A stretch of DNA of 64,000 nucleotides from Flavobacteriaceae bacterium (GCA_041677865.1 JBAYPE010000004.1:5203-69202); one strand, 5' to 3'. Positions 49,715 through 61,153 are shown, counted from the stretch's first letter. Notes: generated by a model not told the origin, from the letters alone. Program-made: numbers and translations.

Positions 49715-51130
49715 TTATCTTTTTTCTAAAAGCACTACGTTTTCAACGTGATGTGTTTGCGGAAACATATCCACAGGACGTACGCGAGTTACTTTGTACA
49801 TTTCGTCTATAAGAGCCAAATCGCGAGCTTGTGTAGCTGAATTACAGCTTACATAAACTACTTTTTTCGGAGCAATTCTCAGGATTTGCTTCACTACGTC
49901 TTTGTGCATTCCATCTCGTGGAGGGTCGGTAATAATCACATCGGGAATTCCGTGTGTGGCAATAAATTCTTCGTTAAAGACATCTTTCATATCTCCTACA
50001 AAAAATTCGCAATTTGTGATATTGTTGCGTTTGGCATTAATTTTTGCATCTTCAATAGCAGCCGGAACAGCTTCAACTCCTACAACTTTCTTAGCTTTTT
50101 TCGAAACGAATTGTGCGATGGTTCCTGTTCCGGTATATAAATCGTACACGAGTTCATCTCCCGAAAGTCCTGCAAATTCTCGAGTTATTTTATACAATTC
50201 GTAAGCCTGTTCGGAATTGGTTTGATAAAACGATTTAGCATTGATGGAAAAGGTCAATCCTTCCATTTCTTCCAGAATATAATCTCTCCCTTTGTACAGA
50301 ATTACATCTTGGTCATAAATCGTATCGTTGGCTTTGCTGTTGATAACGTATTGCAGAGAAGTAATTTCAGGGAAACGCTCTGCAATAAAAGCTAAAAGAA
50401 GTTCTCTTTTTTGTTTATCATCTTCAAAAAACTGAATAAGCACCATGATTTCTCCGAGAGATGAAGTACGAATCATAAGCGTCCGAAGTAAACCTTGCTG
50501 GTTTCGGGCATTGAAAAAACTAAGGTTATTTTCGTTGGCAAAACGCTTGACTTCGTTACGAATATCGTTTGACGGGTCTTGTTGCAAAAAACATTTTTCG
50601 ATGTCCAATATTTTGTCCCACATTTTTGGAATGTGAAATCCGAGTGCGTTTCCTCTGTCAATATTTTCGTTTTCTGCAATTTCTTTTTCAGTAATCCAAC
50701 GGGTATCCGAAAAAGAAAATTCCATTTTATTTCGGTAGAAAAATTGTTTTTTGCTTCCTAAAATAGGCTCAAACTCAGGTATTTCTACTTTTCCGATGCG
50801 CTTTAGATGATTATAAACTTCGTTGTTTTTATAGAAAAGTTGCTTTTCATACTTCATATTTTGCCATTTGCAACCTCCACAATCTCCAAAATGTTTGCAA
50901 AGAGGTTCAGCTCTGTCATCAGAATATTTGTGAAAATGAATGGCTTTTCCTTCAAAATAGTTTTTTCGCTTTTTGAATGTCTTTACATCTACTACATCTC
51001 CCGGAACTACATTCGGAATGAAAATCACTTGTCCTTCGGGAGTCTTAGCAACCGAAATGCCTTTTGCTCCTGCATCTAAAACAGTTATGTTCTCAAAAAC
51101 GATATTTTGTTTCTTATTCTTTCTTGACAT
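49715..51130 (-). CDS. rlmD: 23S rRNA (uracil-C5)-methyltransferase, RlmD/RumA type
   Basis: TRAM domain, Fe-S Cys cluster (CKHFGDCGGCKWQ), SAM fold (DLYTGTGTI, ITDPPRDG). I prefer the start at MSRKNKKQ (51130) to the ORF-track 51181. Confidence 0.88.
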   Translation of the reverse strand: MSRKNKKQNIVFENITVLDAGAKGISVAKTPEGQVIFIPNVVPGDVVDVKTFKKRKNYFEGKAIHFHKYSDDRAEPLCKHFGDCGGCKWQNMKYEKQLFYKNNEVYNHLKRIGKVEIPEFEPILGSKKQFFYRNKMEFSFSDTRWITEKEIAENENIDRGNALGFHIPKMWDKILDIEKCFLQQDPSNDIRNEVKRFANENNLSFFNARNQQGLLRTLMIRTSSLGEIMVLIQFFEDDKQKRELLLAFIAERFPEITSLQYVINSKANDTIYDQDVILYKGRDYILEEMEGLTFSINAKSFYQTNSEQAYELYKITREFAGLSGDELVYDLYTGTGTIAQFVSKKAKKVVGVEAVPAAIEDAKINAKRNNITNCEFFVGDMKDVFNEEFIATHGIPDVIITDPPRDGMHKDVVKQILRIAPKKVVYVSCNSATQARDLALIDEMYKVTRVRPVDMFPQTHHVENVVLLEKR

Positions 51131-51218
51131 TATTTTATATAATAAACAGGGAGGCAAAAGTAAGATTAAGCAAATGAACAAGCAACTTTTTGCGATAATT
51201 TAGCTTTGATGCGTTACA

Positions 51219-52631
51219 CTATCGAACGCTAACCTGAGCTGCTTCGAGCATAAAATAGTGCAAATCGGTGTTTTTGATAAACGGTTTTAGATTTTCGCTT
51301 CCTGGTCCGAACATCGCCAGTTCTACATAATCAGCCGAATGGTCCATACTTATCCAGCCTACCGAATTGGTTTTCTGCTGAATTTCCGAAAAGGTTTTAA
51401 AAGGAAGTTTTCTGTAATTATAGAGTCCGTCTTCTTGTTTTTCTAATCCGGAATAATAGTATAGAATCCTTCGAGCATCTTCTTCCGACAGGATGTTCCC
51501 GTTGGCATATTCAACTGTTTCGATAATATTTTTTACAGAGCTTTTATCCGAAAAGCTATTAAGTATCCACTCGTTGGTTTGCTTGTATTTCTGAACAGAA
51601 TCAAAATTATCGTTGGCATATTTCCCGTAAATAATTCCCGGATTGGCATTTCCGTGGTCTGTAGTTATAATCACAAGAGTTTCTTCGTCTTTTTCGGCAA
51701 AATCCATCACAACTTTAATCGCTTCATCAAACTGAATTTGTTCGTATAATAATCCACCCAAGTCGTTTGCGTGTGCAGCCCAATCTACTTTTCCTGATTC
51801 AATCTGAAGCACAAAACCGTCTTTATTTTGATTTAAAACTTCGATAGCTTTCGCACTCATTTCCGCCAAGGTCGGAATAGTATTTTCTAACTCTTTGTCA
51901 GAAATTCTGTCGATGGAATAGGGTAGGGCATCATCTGCAAAGATTCCCAGAACAGGAGATTTGGAATGGATATTTTTCAGTTCTGTTTTGGTTTTGGCAA
52001 TCTGATAGTCTTTGTTTTTGAACTTCGCATATAAATCCTGCTTGTCTTTTCTTTTGTCTGAATTAAAAAAATTATCTCCTCCTCCCAAAAGCACATCAAA
52101 ACCTCTTTCTAAGTACTGTTCTGCAATGTCTTCTTGTGCATTTCGTTTTTTAGAATTGGCACAAAATCCGGCTGGAGTAGCGTGTGTAACGGCAACAGTA
52201 GTAACACAACCTGCCATTTTTCCTGCATTTTTGAACTTTACCCAAATAGGAATGTGTTCTTCTCCGTTTTTTCCGATATTCAAGGAGCCATTATTTACTC
52301 TGTGTCCACCTCCCCAAGAAGAACTGGCTGCAGCCGAATCCGTTACAATAGAACTGGCTGATGCCATATCCATCAAGGCTCTCGAAACTTTGTTTTCGTG
52401 ATAGAGATTCATCCAGTTCGATGATTTTCCGAGCTTTCGGTTTAGGAAAATATCTGTCATCGAAAGCGTTCCGGAGCTCATTCCGTCAGATACCATCAGG
52501 ATAATGTTTTTTGGAGTTTTGTTAGAATAAGTAGGAGTGTCAAACGCTTGTTCAATCCCGTTTAACGGATATAAAAGCCCTGTTCCTACTGTAGCAACCG
52601 AACCAATTTTAAAAAATTTTCTTCTGTCCAT
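51219..52631 (-). CDS. Alkaline phosphatase with a twin-arginine signal
   Basis: 470 aa. MDRRKFFKIGSVATVG Tat motif. MVSDGMSSGT and TDSAAASS (active-site Ser region), TTDHGN. Confidence 0.88.
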   Translation of the reverse strand: MDRRKFFKIGSVATVGTGLLYPLNGIEQAFDTPTYSNKTPKNIILMVSDGMSSGTLSMTDIFLNRKLGKSSNWMNLYHENKVSRALMDMASASSIVTDSAAASSSWGGGHRVNNGSLNIGKNGEEHIPIWVKFKNAGKMAGCVTTVAVTHATPAGFCANSKKRNAQEDIAEQYLERGFDVLLGGGDNFFNSDKRKDKQDLYAKFKNKDYQIAKTKTELKNIHSKSPVLGIFADDALPYSIDRISDKELENTIPTLAEMSAKAIEVLNQNKDGFVLQIESGKVDWAAHANDLGGLLYEQIQFDEAIKVVMDFAEKDEETLVIITTDHGNANPGIIYGKYANDNFDSVQKYKQTNEWILNSFSDKSSVKNIIETVEYANGNILSEEDARRILYYYSGLEKQEDGLYNYRKLPFKTFSEIQQKTNSVGWISMDHSADYVELAMFGPGSENLKPFIKNTDLHYFMLEAAQVSVR

Positions 52632-52758
52632 TTCTGTAGTTTTTTTACCTTCTTCAACTTCTCCAAATCTTGAAAAGTTGAAAGGCGTAAATATAAAAAA
52701 GAAAATAATTCCGGTAGGTTACCGATTTGTTATTTCCTTGAGCGTTTAGTTACTTTTT

Positions 52759-53778
52759 TTAAATTTCCATTCTCGCTTTACTCACTACCGAAACATCATC
52801 AAACATTCCTTTTTTGTATTTCAGGTAGCCTGTAATTCCTATCATTCCTGCATTATCAGTAGTATATTCAAATTTTGGGACAAAAGTTTTCCATCCGTAT
52901 TTTTGTTCTGCTTCTTTTAAAACCTTTCGGATTCCCGAATTGGCGGAAACTCCTCCTCCGATGGCTATTTGATTGATTCCTGTTTCTTTGACAGCTTGTT
53001 TTAATTTATCCATTATTATCTCTATGATAATATGCTGGATTGATGTACAAACATCATTCAAGTTTTCCTCAATAAAGTTCGGATTTTCTTTAGTTTGCTT
53101 TTGAACAAAATATAGAATTTGAGTTTTAAGTCCGCTAAAGCTAAAGTTTAATCCTTCAACTTTGGGTTTTGTAAAACTAAAAACAGGTTTTCCGAGTTGA
53201 GCATATTTGTCAATAAGCGGACCTCCCGGATAGGGAAGTCCGAGAATCTTCGCACTTTTGTCAAAGGCTTCTCCCACAGCGTCATCGGTTGTTTCTCCAA
53301 TTACTTCCATTTCGAAATAATCGGTTACTTTGATGATTTGCGTATGTCCTCCGCTGATGGTCAGTGCCAAAAACGGAAACTCGGGTTTGTCAAATCCTTC
53401 TTCGTCAATAAAATGAGCCAAAATATGTCCTTGCATGTGGTTTACCCCAATAAGCGGAATTTCCAAAGCTAAGCTGAGCGACTTAGCAAAACTTCCCCCA
53501 ACCAAAAGCGACCCCATAAGTCCCGGCCCCTGAGTAAAAGCAATAGCAGAGAGTTGTTCTTTAGAAACTCCGGCTTTTTGTAAAGCCTGATGAATAACCG
53601 GAACAATGTTTTTTTCGTGAGCTCTCGAGGCCAATTCCGGAACAACACCTCCGTATTGCTCGTGAACATTCTGATTGGCTACAATGTTTGACAGAATTTT
53701 ATCGTTATAAAGCACCGAAGCCGAAGTATCATCACACGAACTTTCGATGGCTAAAATATAAACAGGTTGATTAACCAT
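52759..53778 (-). CDS. tsaD: tRNA N6-adenosine threonylcarbamoyltransferase
   Basis: ILAIESSCDDTSASV, GVNHMQGHI, LTISGGHTQ. I prefer the start at MVNQPVY (53778). Confidence 0.93.
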   Translation of the reverse strand: MVNQPVYILAIESSCDDTSASVLYNDKILSNIVANQNVHEQYGGVVPELASRAHEKNIVPVIHQALQKAGVSKEQLSAIAFTQGPGLMGSLLVGGSFAKSLSLALEIPLIGVNHMQGHILAHFIDEEGFDKPEFPFLALTISGGHTQIIKVTDYFEMEVIGETTDDAVGEAFDKSAKILGLPYPGGPLIDKYAQLGKPVFSFTKPKVEGLNFSFSGLKTQILYFVQKQTKENPNFIEENLNDVCTSIQHIIIEIIMDKLKQAVKETGINQIAIGGGVSANSGIRKVLKEAEQKYGWKTFVPKFEYTTDNAGMIGITGYLKYKKGMFDDVSVVSKARMEI

Positions 53779-53886
53779 AAAAACGGAACGGAATTTGAAT
53801 TGTTTTTCATACACAGGCTTTCAGTACTGAAGTTGCTTTGTTAGGAGCAAAATAAATTCTGTACTTCTGTGGCTATTTAATTATAT

Positions 53887-56800
53887 TTGCATTACAAAAG
53901 TAAACATTTTAGCAGTATCAAAAAATTCAGAAAAATAGTTATTCGTGTTTTTATAGGAATTCTCCTATTGATATTGCTTTTAGGGGTGCTTCTTGCACTT
54001 CCTCCTGTGCAAACTTTTGTCGGTAAAGTTGTTACCAAAGAGCTCAAAAAATCTACAGGAGCAGACATCAACGTAAACAAAGTAGCTATTTCGGTTTTTG
54101 GAGGTGTAAAACTGAGAGGCGTATTGATTAGAGATCACCATCAGGATACACTGATTTATTCCAAAAACATTCAGACTAAGATTCTCAATGCCAAAAAATT
54201 GATTGATGGAAATTTAATTTTTGGAGACCTCAAAACCGAAAATCTTACGTTTTACCTTACCACATACAAAGACGAGGAGGATTCAAACATCAATATTTTT
54301 GTCGAAAAATTTGAAAATGAAAACAAACCCAAATCAGATAAACCGTTTATACTTAAAGCTAATAATCTGCAAATTGCCAACGGACGTTTTAAAGTTGAAG
54401 ATCAAAACAAGGAAGTACCTGTAAGTGTTGATTTTACAAAGATTAATACTGATTTAGAAGATTTTTCGATAGTACGAGATGTCATTACAGCTGATTTTAA
54501 TTTCTTTTCGTTTCAGTATCATACCGGAATATTTGTTGAAAACTTGACCGGAAAAGCCAAATATTCAAACAATCAGATTTATCTGTTGGATTTAGAAGCC
54601 CAAACCAAAGAACAAACTTACCTCAAAGGAAATATCATTCTTGATTATCAACAAGGAGATTTAGCCAACTTTACCGATAAAGTGGTTATGAATGTTGATT
54701 TTAAAAATGGCAGCAAATTAGCAAGTAATGATGTGCGTTTTTTTTATCCGGAATTAATCGAAAATAAAATCTTTGATTTTAGAGTTAAAGCCAACGGAAC
54801 ACTGAATAATTTTTTAGCTAAAGATTTATTTTTATCAGATTCCGAAATTGTTTTGAATGGGGATTTGGCTTTCGAAAATATTACGGTGGTACAAGAAAGA
54901 GGGTTTACAATTTCAGGAAATATCGCTGAACTAAACGCTTCAAATAAATCTCTTAAAGAATTACTTCCTAATGTTTTAGGAAACAAACTACCTCAAAAAT
55001 TAAACCAACTCGGCAATGTGATTCTGACAGGAAATATACGATTGACCCGAACCGATTTAGACTTAAAATCAAACATCGTAACTCAAATCGGAAACCTGAC
55101 CACCGATTTAAAAATGCAAAATATTTCCGACTCGGACAACACCTCGTATCAAGGAAATGTAACTACGCAAAATTTCAATCTCGGACGGTTTTTAAACAAC
55201 AAATCTATCGGAAAAATCACGTCTAACCTGAATATTAACGGAAAAGGATTTACTCAAAATACGGTAAACACAACCCTACACGGAAGCGTTTCTTCGATTT
55301 ATTTCAACGGATATAATTACCAAAAAGTTTTAGTAAGCGGAGAAATGAAACAGCCTTATTTTCAGGGCGAAGTGCATATTGATGACGATAATGTAAAACT
55401 TTCGTTTGACGGACTTTTGGATTTAGCCTCAAAAACAAAACACTATGATTTTGAAGCCCAGGTTGATTATGCCGATTTAAACAAACTAAACTTGATAGGA
55501 CGAGATTCTATTTCGATTCTCAAAGGAAATATTGTTTTTAAAGGAGAAGGTAACACAATTGACGATATTAAAGGGGATTTGAACATTTCGGACGCTTCGT
55601 ATCAGAATCAGAATGACATTTACTTTTTTGAAGATTTTACCATTACCTCTAAGTTTGACCAAGACAAAGTACGTACCATTGCCATAAATTCTCCCGATAT
55701 TATTGAAGGAAGCGTTACAGGACGATTCAGCTATGCAGAGCTTCCGCAAATTTTTGAAAACGCACTCGGAAGTTTATACACTAATTATTCGCCTCACAAA
55801 ATCAAAGAAAAACAATTTTTGAGATTCAACTTTTCGATTTACAACAAAATTATCGAGGTTTTTTATCCTGATATTTCTTTCGGAACTAATACGCTTATAC
55901 GAGGAAACATCAACCCCGATGAAGAAATGTTTAAACTAAACTTTGCTACTCCAAATTTAGAAATAGGAGAAAACACAATACATAAGATTGATTTTCAGAT
56001 TGATACTAAAAACCCATTGTATAATGCTTATGTCGAAATGGACAGCATTAGCAACAAATATTACAAAATATCGGATTTTGGTATGATTAACGTAAAAAAC
56101 AACGATACGTTATACTTCAGAACTGAATTTAAAGGAGGAGATAAAGAACAGGATTTTTATAATCTGAATTTGTACTATACTATTGATAAAGAGCAAAATT
56201 CAATTGTAGGATTCCAAAAATCGGAGCTTTTCTTTAAGGAAAATTTGTGGTTTTTGAACGAAGAGGACAATCACGATAGTCGAGTTGTGTTTAACAAATC
56301 GGTAAATGATATGAGTATCGACAACTTCAGGCTTTCTCATAACAATCAGTTTGTACAGTTTGGAGGAATAATTAGAGGAAAAGATTACAAGGATTTTGAT
56401 TTGAATTTCAGGGATGTCGATTTATCTAAAATAACACCTGACATTGACAAACTTTATCTCGAAGGGTTGCTCAACGGAAATGTTCACTTTATGCAGAACG
56501 TAGATGTATTTAAACCAACCTCTTCACTCGAAGTACTCAATTTGGCAGTAAATGAAGTAGAACTCGGAGACTTGGTCGTAGATATAGAAGGAGACGATGT
56601 CTTACAGAAGTTCGGAGTAAATGCTTATTTGTATAAAAATGATGAAGACATACTTTCGGTTGAGGGAGATTTAGAAATTGCCAATAAGCAGACTTTTGCC
56701 AATATAGACATCAGAATGAATGATTTTAAATTGAGTCCGTTCAGCTTGTTTGGAGGCGAGATAATCAACAATATACGAGGTTATGCCACAGGAAGAACAA

Positions 56801-58458
56801 CCGTCACAGGAAATTTAAAAGACCCTGAAATCAACGGCAGGCTATTCTTGGACAAAGCCGGAATGAACGTAGTATATCTGAATACAGATTTTGATTTTGA
56901 CGACAACACTATAGTTGACCTGACCAGCGACAATATTTTCTTAAGACAGATTAACCTGACCGATACGAAATACGGAACCAAAGGAAATCTGAACGGTTCT
57001 ATCAGTCATAAACTCTTTAAAGACTACGCTCTTGATTTGCATTTAAGCTCAAACAGACTATTGGTACTGGACACACAAGACTCCGAAGATTCGATGTATT
57101 ACGGAACCGCATTTATCAAAGGAAATGCAACCATCAAAGGACTTGCCTCGGGGCTTATAATTACAGCTAATGCGACTTCCGAAAAAGGAACTTCAATCAA
57201 AATTCCTATCGGAGATTCTAAATCAGCAGGAGAGGTGTCGCATATTAAATTTCTTAGTCCTGACGAAAAATATAGCGAACAGGAAACAGTCCAAACAAAT
57301 TTTGTTACCACAGGATTGGAGCTTAAACTAAATCTGAATGTAACTCCCGATGCAGAAATTGATATTATAATTGACCGAGATACCGGACATGCCATAAGAG
57401 GGGGTAGAGGGAACGGAATTTTGGAATTAGACATAAATACACTCGGAAGATTTACAATGAACGGAATTTTTACGGTCGAAAGTGGGCATTATGATTTCAG
57501 ATATGGAGGGCTTATCAGCAAGCGTTTTGATGTGAAAAAAGGAGGAACAATCACTTGGTCGGGCAATCCGCTACTTGCCAATATGAATATTCAGGGAGTG
57601 TATGCTACCGAAGCCAATCCGGCTGTATTGCTTGACAACCCATCGTTTAACCGAAAAATTCCGGTAGATTTGATTATTGATGTAAGAGGAACGCTCGAAG
57701 CCTTACAAGAACCGGATTTTGATATTACTTTTCCCAGTGTGAGTTCGGTGTTACAATCTGAAATACAGTACAAACTCTCTGATGCAGATACCAGAAGAAC
57801 CCAAGCGTTTGCTTTGCTCTTGTCCAGAAATTTTTTGGGAGGACAAGGAATGGGTTCAGGAGCTTTAGCTGGAAGCCTAACCGAAACGGCAAGTAGTTTG
57901 TTTAACAACCTGCTTTCAGATGAAGATTCTTTCTTTGACATCGGAGTGGATTATACGGTAGGAAACAGAAATCCGAACAGAGATTTTGACGACTCAGACA
58001 GGTTTAATATGACGCTTTCAACCGAGATAAACGAAGACATTACCATAAACGGTAAACTTGGAGTTCCTGTGGGTGGAACACGTGAGTCGGTTGTGGTTGG
58101 TAATGTGGAAATTATGATGCGTTTGAACGAAGAGCGAACGCTAAATGCAAGGGTTTTTAACAGAGAAAATGATATCAACTATTTTGGAGAGGGGATAGGA
58201 TATACGCAAGGGATAGGTCTTACTTGGGAAGCCGATTTCGATTCGTTTTCGGAATTGATGCATAAAATATTTATGAATTCAAGAAAAAGAAGAGAGCAAC
58301 AAGAGGAAAATCAAACTATCAATTACGATCTCGATTCTGATTTCAACAAAGAATACCGCAAATTTATTGAAGAGAGAGGGAGGCAACGTCAGACCAGTCA
58401 CGAAAAAGAAGACGACGATTTCCAACGTCCTCCCGACCCGTTAGAATTAAATCCGTAG
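53887..58458 (+). CDS. TamB-like translocation and assembly module protein (AsmA-like, C-terminal DUF490 region)
   Basis: 1523 aa. One N-terminal TM anchor, then a very long beta-rich periplasm-spanning region. TTG is the only in-frame start after a TAA at 53878. Confidence 0.8.
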   Translation: MHYKSKHFSSIKKFRKIVIRVFIGILLLILLLGVLLALPPVQTFVGKVVTKELKKSTGADINVNKVAISVFGGVKLRGVLIRDHHQDTLIYSKNIQTKILNAKKLIDGNLIFGDLKTENLTFYLTTYKDEEDSNINIFVEKFENENKPKSDKPFILKANNLQIANGRFKVEDQNKEVPVSVDFTKINTDLEDFSIVRDVITADFNFFSFQYHTGIFVENLTGKAKYSNNQIYLLDLEAQTKEQTYLKGNIILDYQQGDLANFTDKVVMNVDFKNGSKLASNDVRFFYPELIENKIFDFRVKANGTLNNFLAKDLFLSDSEIVLNGDLAFENITVVQERGFTISGNIAELNASNKSLKELLPNVLGNKLPQKLNQLGNVILTGNIRLTRTDLDLKSNIVTQIGNLTTDLKMQNISDSDNTSYQGNVTTQNFNLGRFLNNKSIGKITSNLNINGKGFTQNTVNTTLHGSVSSIYFNGYNYQKVLVSGEMKQPYFQGEVHIDDDNVKLSFDGLLDLASKTKHYDFEAQVDYADLNKLNLIGRDSISILKGNIVFKGEGNTIDDIKGDLNISDASYQNQNDIYFFEDFTITSKFDQDKVRTIAINSPDIIEGSVTGRFSYAELPQIFENALGSLYTNYSPHKIKEKQFLRFNFSIYNKIIEVFYPDISFGTNTLIRGNINPDEEMFKLNFATPNLEIGENTIHKIDFQIDTKNPLYNAYVEMDSISNKYYKISDFGMINVKNNDTLYFRTEFKGGDKEQDFYNLNLYYTIDKEQNSIVGFQKSELFFKENLWFLNEEDNHDSRVVFNKSVNDMSIDNFRLSHNNQFVQFGGIIRGKDYKDFDLNFRDVDLSKITPDIDKLYLEGLLNGNVHFMQNVDVFKPTSSLEVLNLAVNEVELGDLVVDIEGDDVLQKFGVNAYLYKNDEDILSVEGDLEIANKQTFANIDIRMNDFKLSPFSLFGGEIINNIRGYATGRTTVTGNLKDPEINGRLFLDKAGMNVVYLNTDFDFDDNTIVDLTSDNIFLRQINLTDTKYGTKGNLNGSISHKLFKDYALDLHLSSNRLLVLDTQDSEDSMYYGTAFIKGNATIKGLASGLIITANATSEKGTSIKIPIGDSKSAGEVSHIKFLSPDEKYSEQETVQTNFVTTGLELKLNLNVTPDAEIDIIIDRDTGHAIRGGRGNGILELDINTLGRFTMNGIFTVESGHYDFRYGGLISKRFDVKKGGTITWSGNPLLANMNIQGVYATEANPAVLLDNPSFNRKIPVDLIIDVRGTLEALQEPDFDITFPSVSSVLQSEIQYKLSDADTRRTQAFALLLSRNFLGGQGMGSGALAGSLTETASSLFNNLLSDEDSFFDIGVDYTVGNRNPNRDFDDSDRFNMTLSTEINEDITINGKLGVPVGGTRESVVVGNVEIMMRLNEERTLNARVFNRENDINYFGEGIGYTQGIGLTWEADFDSFSELMHKIFMNSRKRREQQEENQTINYDLDSDFNKEYRKFIEERGRQRQTSHEKEDDDFQRPPDPLELNP

Positions 58459-58461
58459 ATA

Positions 58462-59745
58462 TTACTCCGGAGTTACTTCCTTAATCATAATCTTGTCGAT
58501 TTTTACTCCGTCCATATCAATTATTTCGAACTCAAAGCGTTTCCATGAGAGTTTTTCTCCTTGTTTCGGAATGTGTCCAAGTTCGGTTATGATAAGTCCG
58601 CTTACAGTGGTTACATCATAGTCTGAGAGTAATTCATCTAACTCAAAATGTGTTAGAAAATCGTGCAGCGAATAATGTCCGTCCATAAGCCAGCTTCCGT
58701 CCTCACGTTGGGTAAGCTGAAATTCATCTTGATAAAAATCCGAAGCATCACCTACTAAGGCTTCCAAAATATCGTTTAGCGTAATTATTCCTTGTGTAAC
58801 TCCGTATTCGTCTGTAACCAAAGCGTAATGAATTTTAGAGGTTTTAAAGGCTTCTAAGGCACGATAAGCCGAAGTATGTTCAATGAAATAAGCAGGTTCG
58901 TTCAGCAAATCTCTCAAATTGAAATCGGTTTTCTTTTCGAAGTTAGCAAACAAATCTTTCAGGTGAACTACACCTACTACTTCGTCTAAGTCATTATTCT
59001 CACAAACCGGATAAATGGAGTGAAGTTCATTTAATATTTTCTGTTTGATTTCGTTCAAAGAATCTCCTAACGAAAGATAAGCAACCGATTTACGATGTGT
59101 CATCAGAGAGTTGATTTTACGGTCCCCGATATGAAAAACCCGTTCGACAATGTCTTGCTCAATTTCTTGTACTTCTCCGCCTTCGGTTCCTTCTTTGATG
59201 ATGGCTTTGATTTCTTCTTCGGTTACTCTTCCGTCTTCACGAGGTTTGATTTTCAGGGTACGCAACAAAAATTCTGTTGAATGTGTCAAGAGCCAAATAA
59301 AAGGTGCTGTAATCAGGGAAATAAAACGCATGGGCAGGGCGACCATTTTTGCAATAGATTCCGGATAGGTAAGTCCGATGCGTTTTGGGACTAACTCTCC
59401 TAAAACCAAGGTAAAGAACGTAACTAAAATTACAATTATGGTTACTGCCAGTGTTTTTGCATAAGGTGCTAAAGATGTGAATCTTTCTAAAAATACCTGT
59501 AAATCAGTGGTTATGGCTTCTCCCGAATAAATACCGGTAAGAATTCCGATAAGGGTAATTCCGATTTGAACTGTTGAAAGGAATTTGTTTGGAGAATTTG
59601 CCAAATCTAAAGCGGTTTTGGCACTTGAGCTTCCTTTTTTAGCTTCGTTTTCCAATCGACTCTTTCGGGAAGAAATTAGAGCAATTTCGGACATCGAAAA
59701 AACTCCGTTAAGTAAAATAAGCAATAAAATAATTAAAATTTCCAT
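58462..59745 (-). CDS. CNNM/CorC-type hemolysin-family protein (DUF21 - CBS pair - CorC_HlyC)
   Basis: 427 aa. N-terminal 4-TM DUF21 (LNGVFSMSEIALISS), CBS pair, C-terminal transporter-associated domain. Confidence 0.88.
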   Translation of the reverse strand: MEILIILLLILLNGVFSMSEIALISSRKSRLENEAKKGSSSAKTALDLANSPNKFLSTVQIGITLIGILTGIYSGEAITTDLQVFLERFTSLAPYAKTLAVTIIVILVTFFTLVLGELVPKRIGLTYPESIAKMVALPMRFISLITAPFIWLLTHSTEFLLRTLKIKPREDGRVTEEEIKAIIKEGTEGGEVQEIEQDIVERVFHIGDRKINSLMTHRKSVAYLSLGDSLNEIKQKILNELHSIYPVCENNDLDEVVGVVHLKDLFANFEKKTDFNLRDLLNEPAYFIEHTSAYRALEAFKTSKIHYALVTDEYGVTQGIITLNDILEALVGDASDFYQDEFQLTQREDGSWLMDGHYSLHDFLTHFELDELLSDYDVTTVSGLIITELGHIPKQGEKLSWKRFEFEIIDMDGVKIDKIMIKEVTPE

Positions 59746-59750
59746 ATAGG

Positions 59751-60332
59751 TTACTTATCTATAAAATCATCTATAATAAGGCTGAGCCTTTGGGTTACTT
59801 CTTCGATAGTTCCGATTCCGTTAACCGAATAAAACAGATTTTTCTTGGTATAATAATCAATCAGAGGTGCTGTTTTTTCGTTGTATTCGTCATAGCGATT
59901 TCTGATTTTATCTTCGTTTTGGTCGTCCGGTCGTCCGCTTGTTTTTCCTCTTTCTAACAACCTCTGAATCAAAACTTCATCATTGGCTTCGAGGGCAACA
60001 GTAGCTGTTACACTCCAATTCTTGGATTCCAAAAATCGGTCTAAAGCCTCTGCCTGTGCAATAGTTCTGGGAAATCCATCGAACAAAAAACCCGTTGCTT
60101 GAATATTTTTTTCGACTTCGTCTTGCAGCATTTTGATGGTCAATTCATCAGGAACCAAATCTCCTTTGTCCATAAAGGCTTTTGCTTGTTTTCCGAGTTC
60201 GGTGTTGTTTTTAAGGTTATATCTGAATACGTCTCCGGTCGAAATATGTACTAAATTATATTTGTCTTTTAAGAATTCTGCTTGTGTTCCTTTTCCTGCA
60301 CCCGGTTTCCCGAATAAAACTATGTTAATCAT
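59751..60332 (-). CDS. adk: Adenylate kinase
   Basis: 193 aa. FGKPGAGKGTQA, GFLFDGFPRT. Confidence 0.96.
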   Translation of the reverse strand: MINIVLFGKPGAGKGTQAEFLKDKYNLVHISTGDVFRYNLKNNTELGKQAKAFMDKGDLVPDELTIKMLQDEVEKNIQATGFLFDGFPRTIAQAEALDRFLESKNWSVTATVALEANDEVLIQRLLERGKTSGRPDDQNEDKIRNRYDEYNEKTAPLIDYYTKKNLFYSVNGIGTIEEVTQRLSLIIDDFIDK

Positions 60333-60348
60333 TACGTTAAAATTTATT

Positions 60349-60894
60349 TTAATTGTCTGAATTGTTTTCGTTTAGTTGATAAACCTCTGCCAGATTTCGT
60401 CCTTGTTCATCATAATCCAAACCGTAGCCAACGATAAATTTGTTCGGAATTTCCATTCCTACATAATCTATCGAGATGTTTTTGGTATAAGCTTCGGGCT
60501 TAAAGAATAAGGTAGCAAACTTGAGGGATTTCACTTGCTTGTCTTCAAAGAGTTTTCTTAGCACAATAAGTGTATTTCCGGTATCGACTATGTCTTCTAA
60601 TATGATAACGGTTCGGTTTTTTACCTCAATACCCAACCCGATAAGCTGGTTTATTTTTCCTGTAGAAGTTGTTCCCTGATACGAAGAAAGCTTGATAAAT
60701 GACAACTGACAAGGCTTTTTGAAGTGTTTCATCAGGTCAGAAACAAACATAAAAGAGCCGTTGAGAACTCCTATAAATATGGGGACTTCTTCGTCAATAT
60801 CGTCAGCTATTTCTTGAGCCATTTTGGCTACTGCACTATCAATTTGGCTTGCTGACAAGAAAGGAACGAAATGTTTGTCGTGAATACGAATCAA
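60349..60894 (-). CDS. hpt: Hypoxanthine phosphoribosyltransferase
   Basis: 181 aa. PRPP motif VIILEDIVDTGNTL, and VGYGLDYDEQGRNL. Confidence 0.95.
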   Translation of the reverse strand: MIRIHDKHFVPFLSASQIDSAVAKMAQEIADDIDEEVPIFIGVLNGSFMFVSDLMKHFKKPCQLSFIKLSSYQGTTSTGKINQLIGLGIEVKNRTVIILEDIVDTGNTLIVLRKLFEDKQVKSLKFATLFFKPEAYTKNISIDYVGMEIPNKFIVGYGLDYDEQGRNLAEVYQLNENNSDN

Positions 60895-61153
60895 TTTTTG
60901 TTAAGGTTTACAATCATAGGCAAATATAATAAAAACAAAAATATAAAACAGAAAAAAAAATTACACCTTTTGCAGATTTAGAAACCAAAATAAATAAAGA
61001 TAGGGTAAACGCTTCTTCTTGGCTTGCCTGATTATGATTTTGTTAGAGTGATAAAAACGTGTGGAAAAACCTATCCAACTTGACACAAAAACAGAAAATT
61101 TATTCTATATTTGCTAATTATATATCAAATCATTTTTTGATTAAATTATAAAA

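Noticed and set aside
53882-53889. A TATATTTG -7-box-like octamer directly at the TamB-like gene start.
   Set aside because: Its last three bases are the only in-frame start codon (TTG 53887) after a TAA at 53878. No ATG, GTG or TTG follows before the TM anchor. A promoter here would therefore remove the start codon, so this is most likely a coincidence in AT-rich DNA. The real promoter must lie further upstream.
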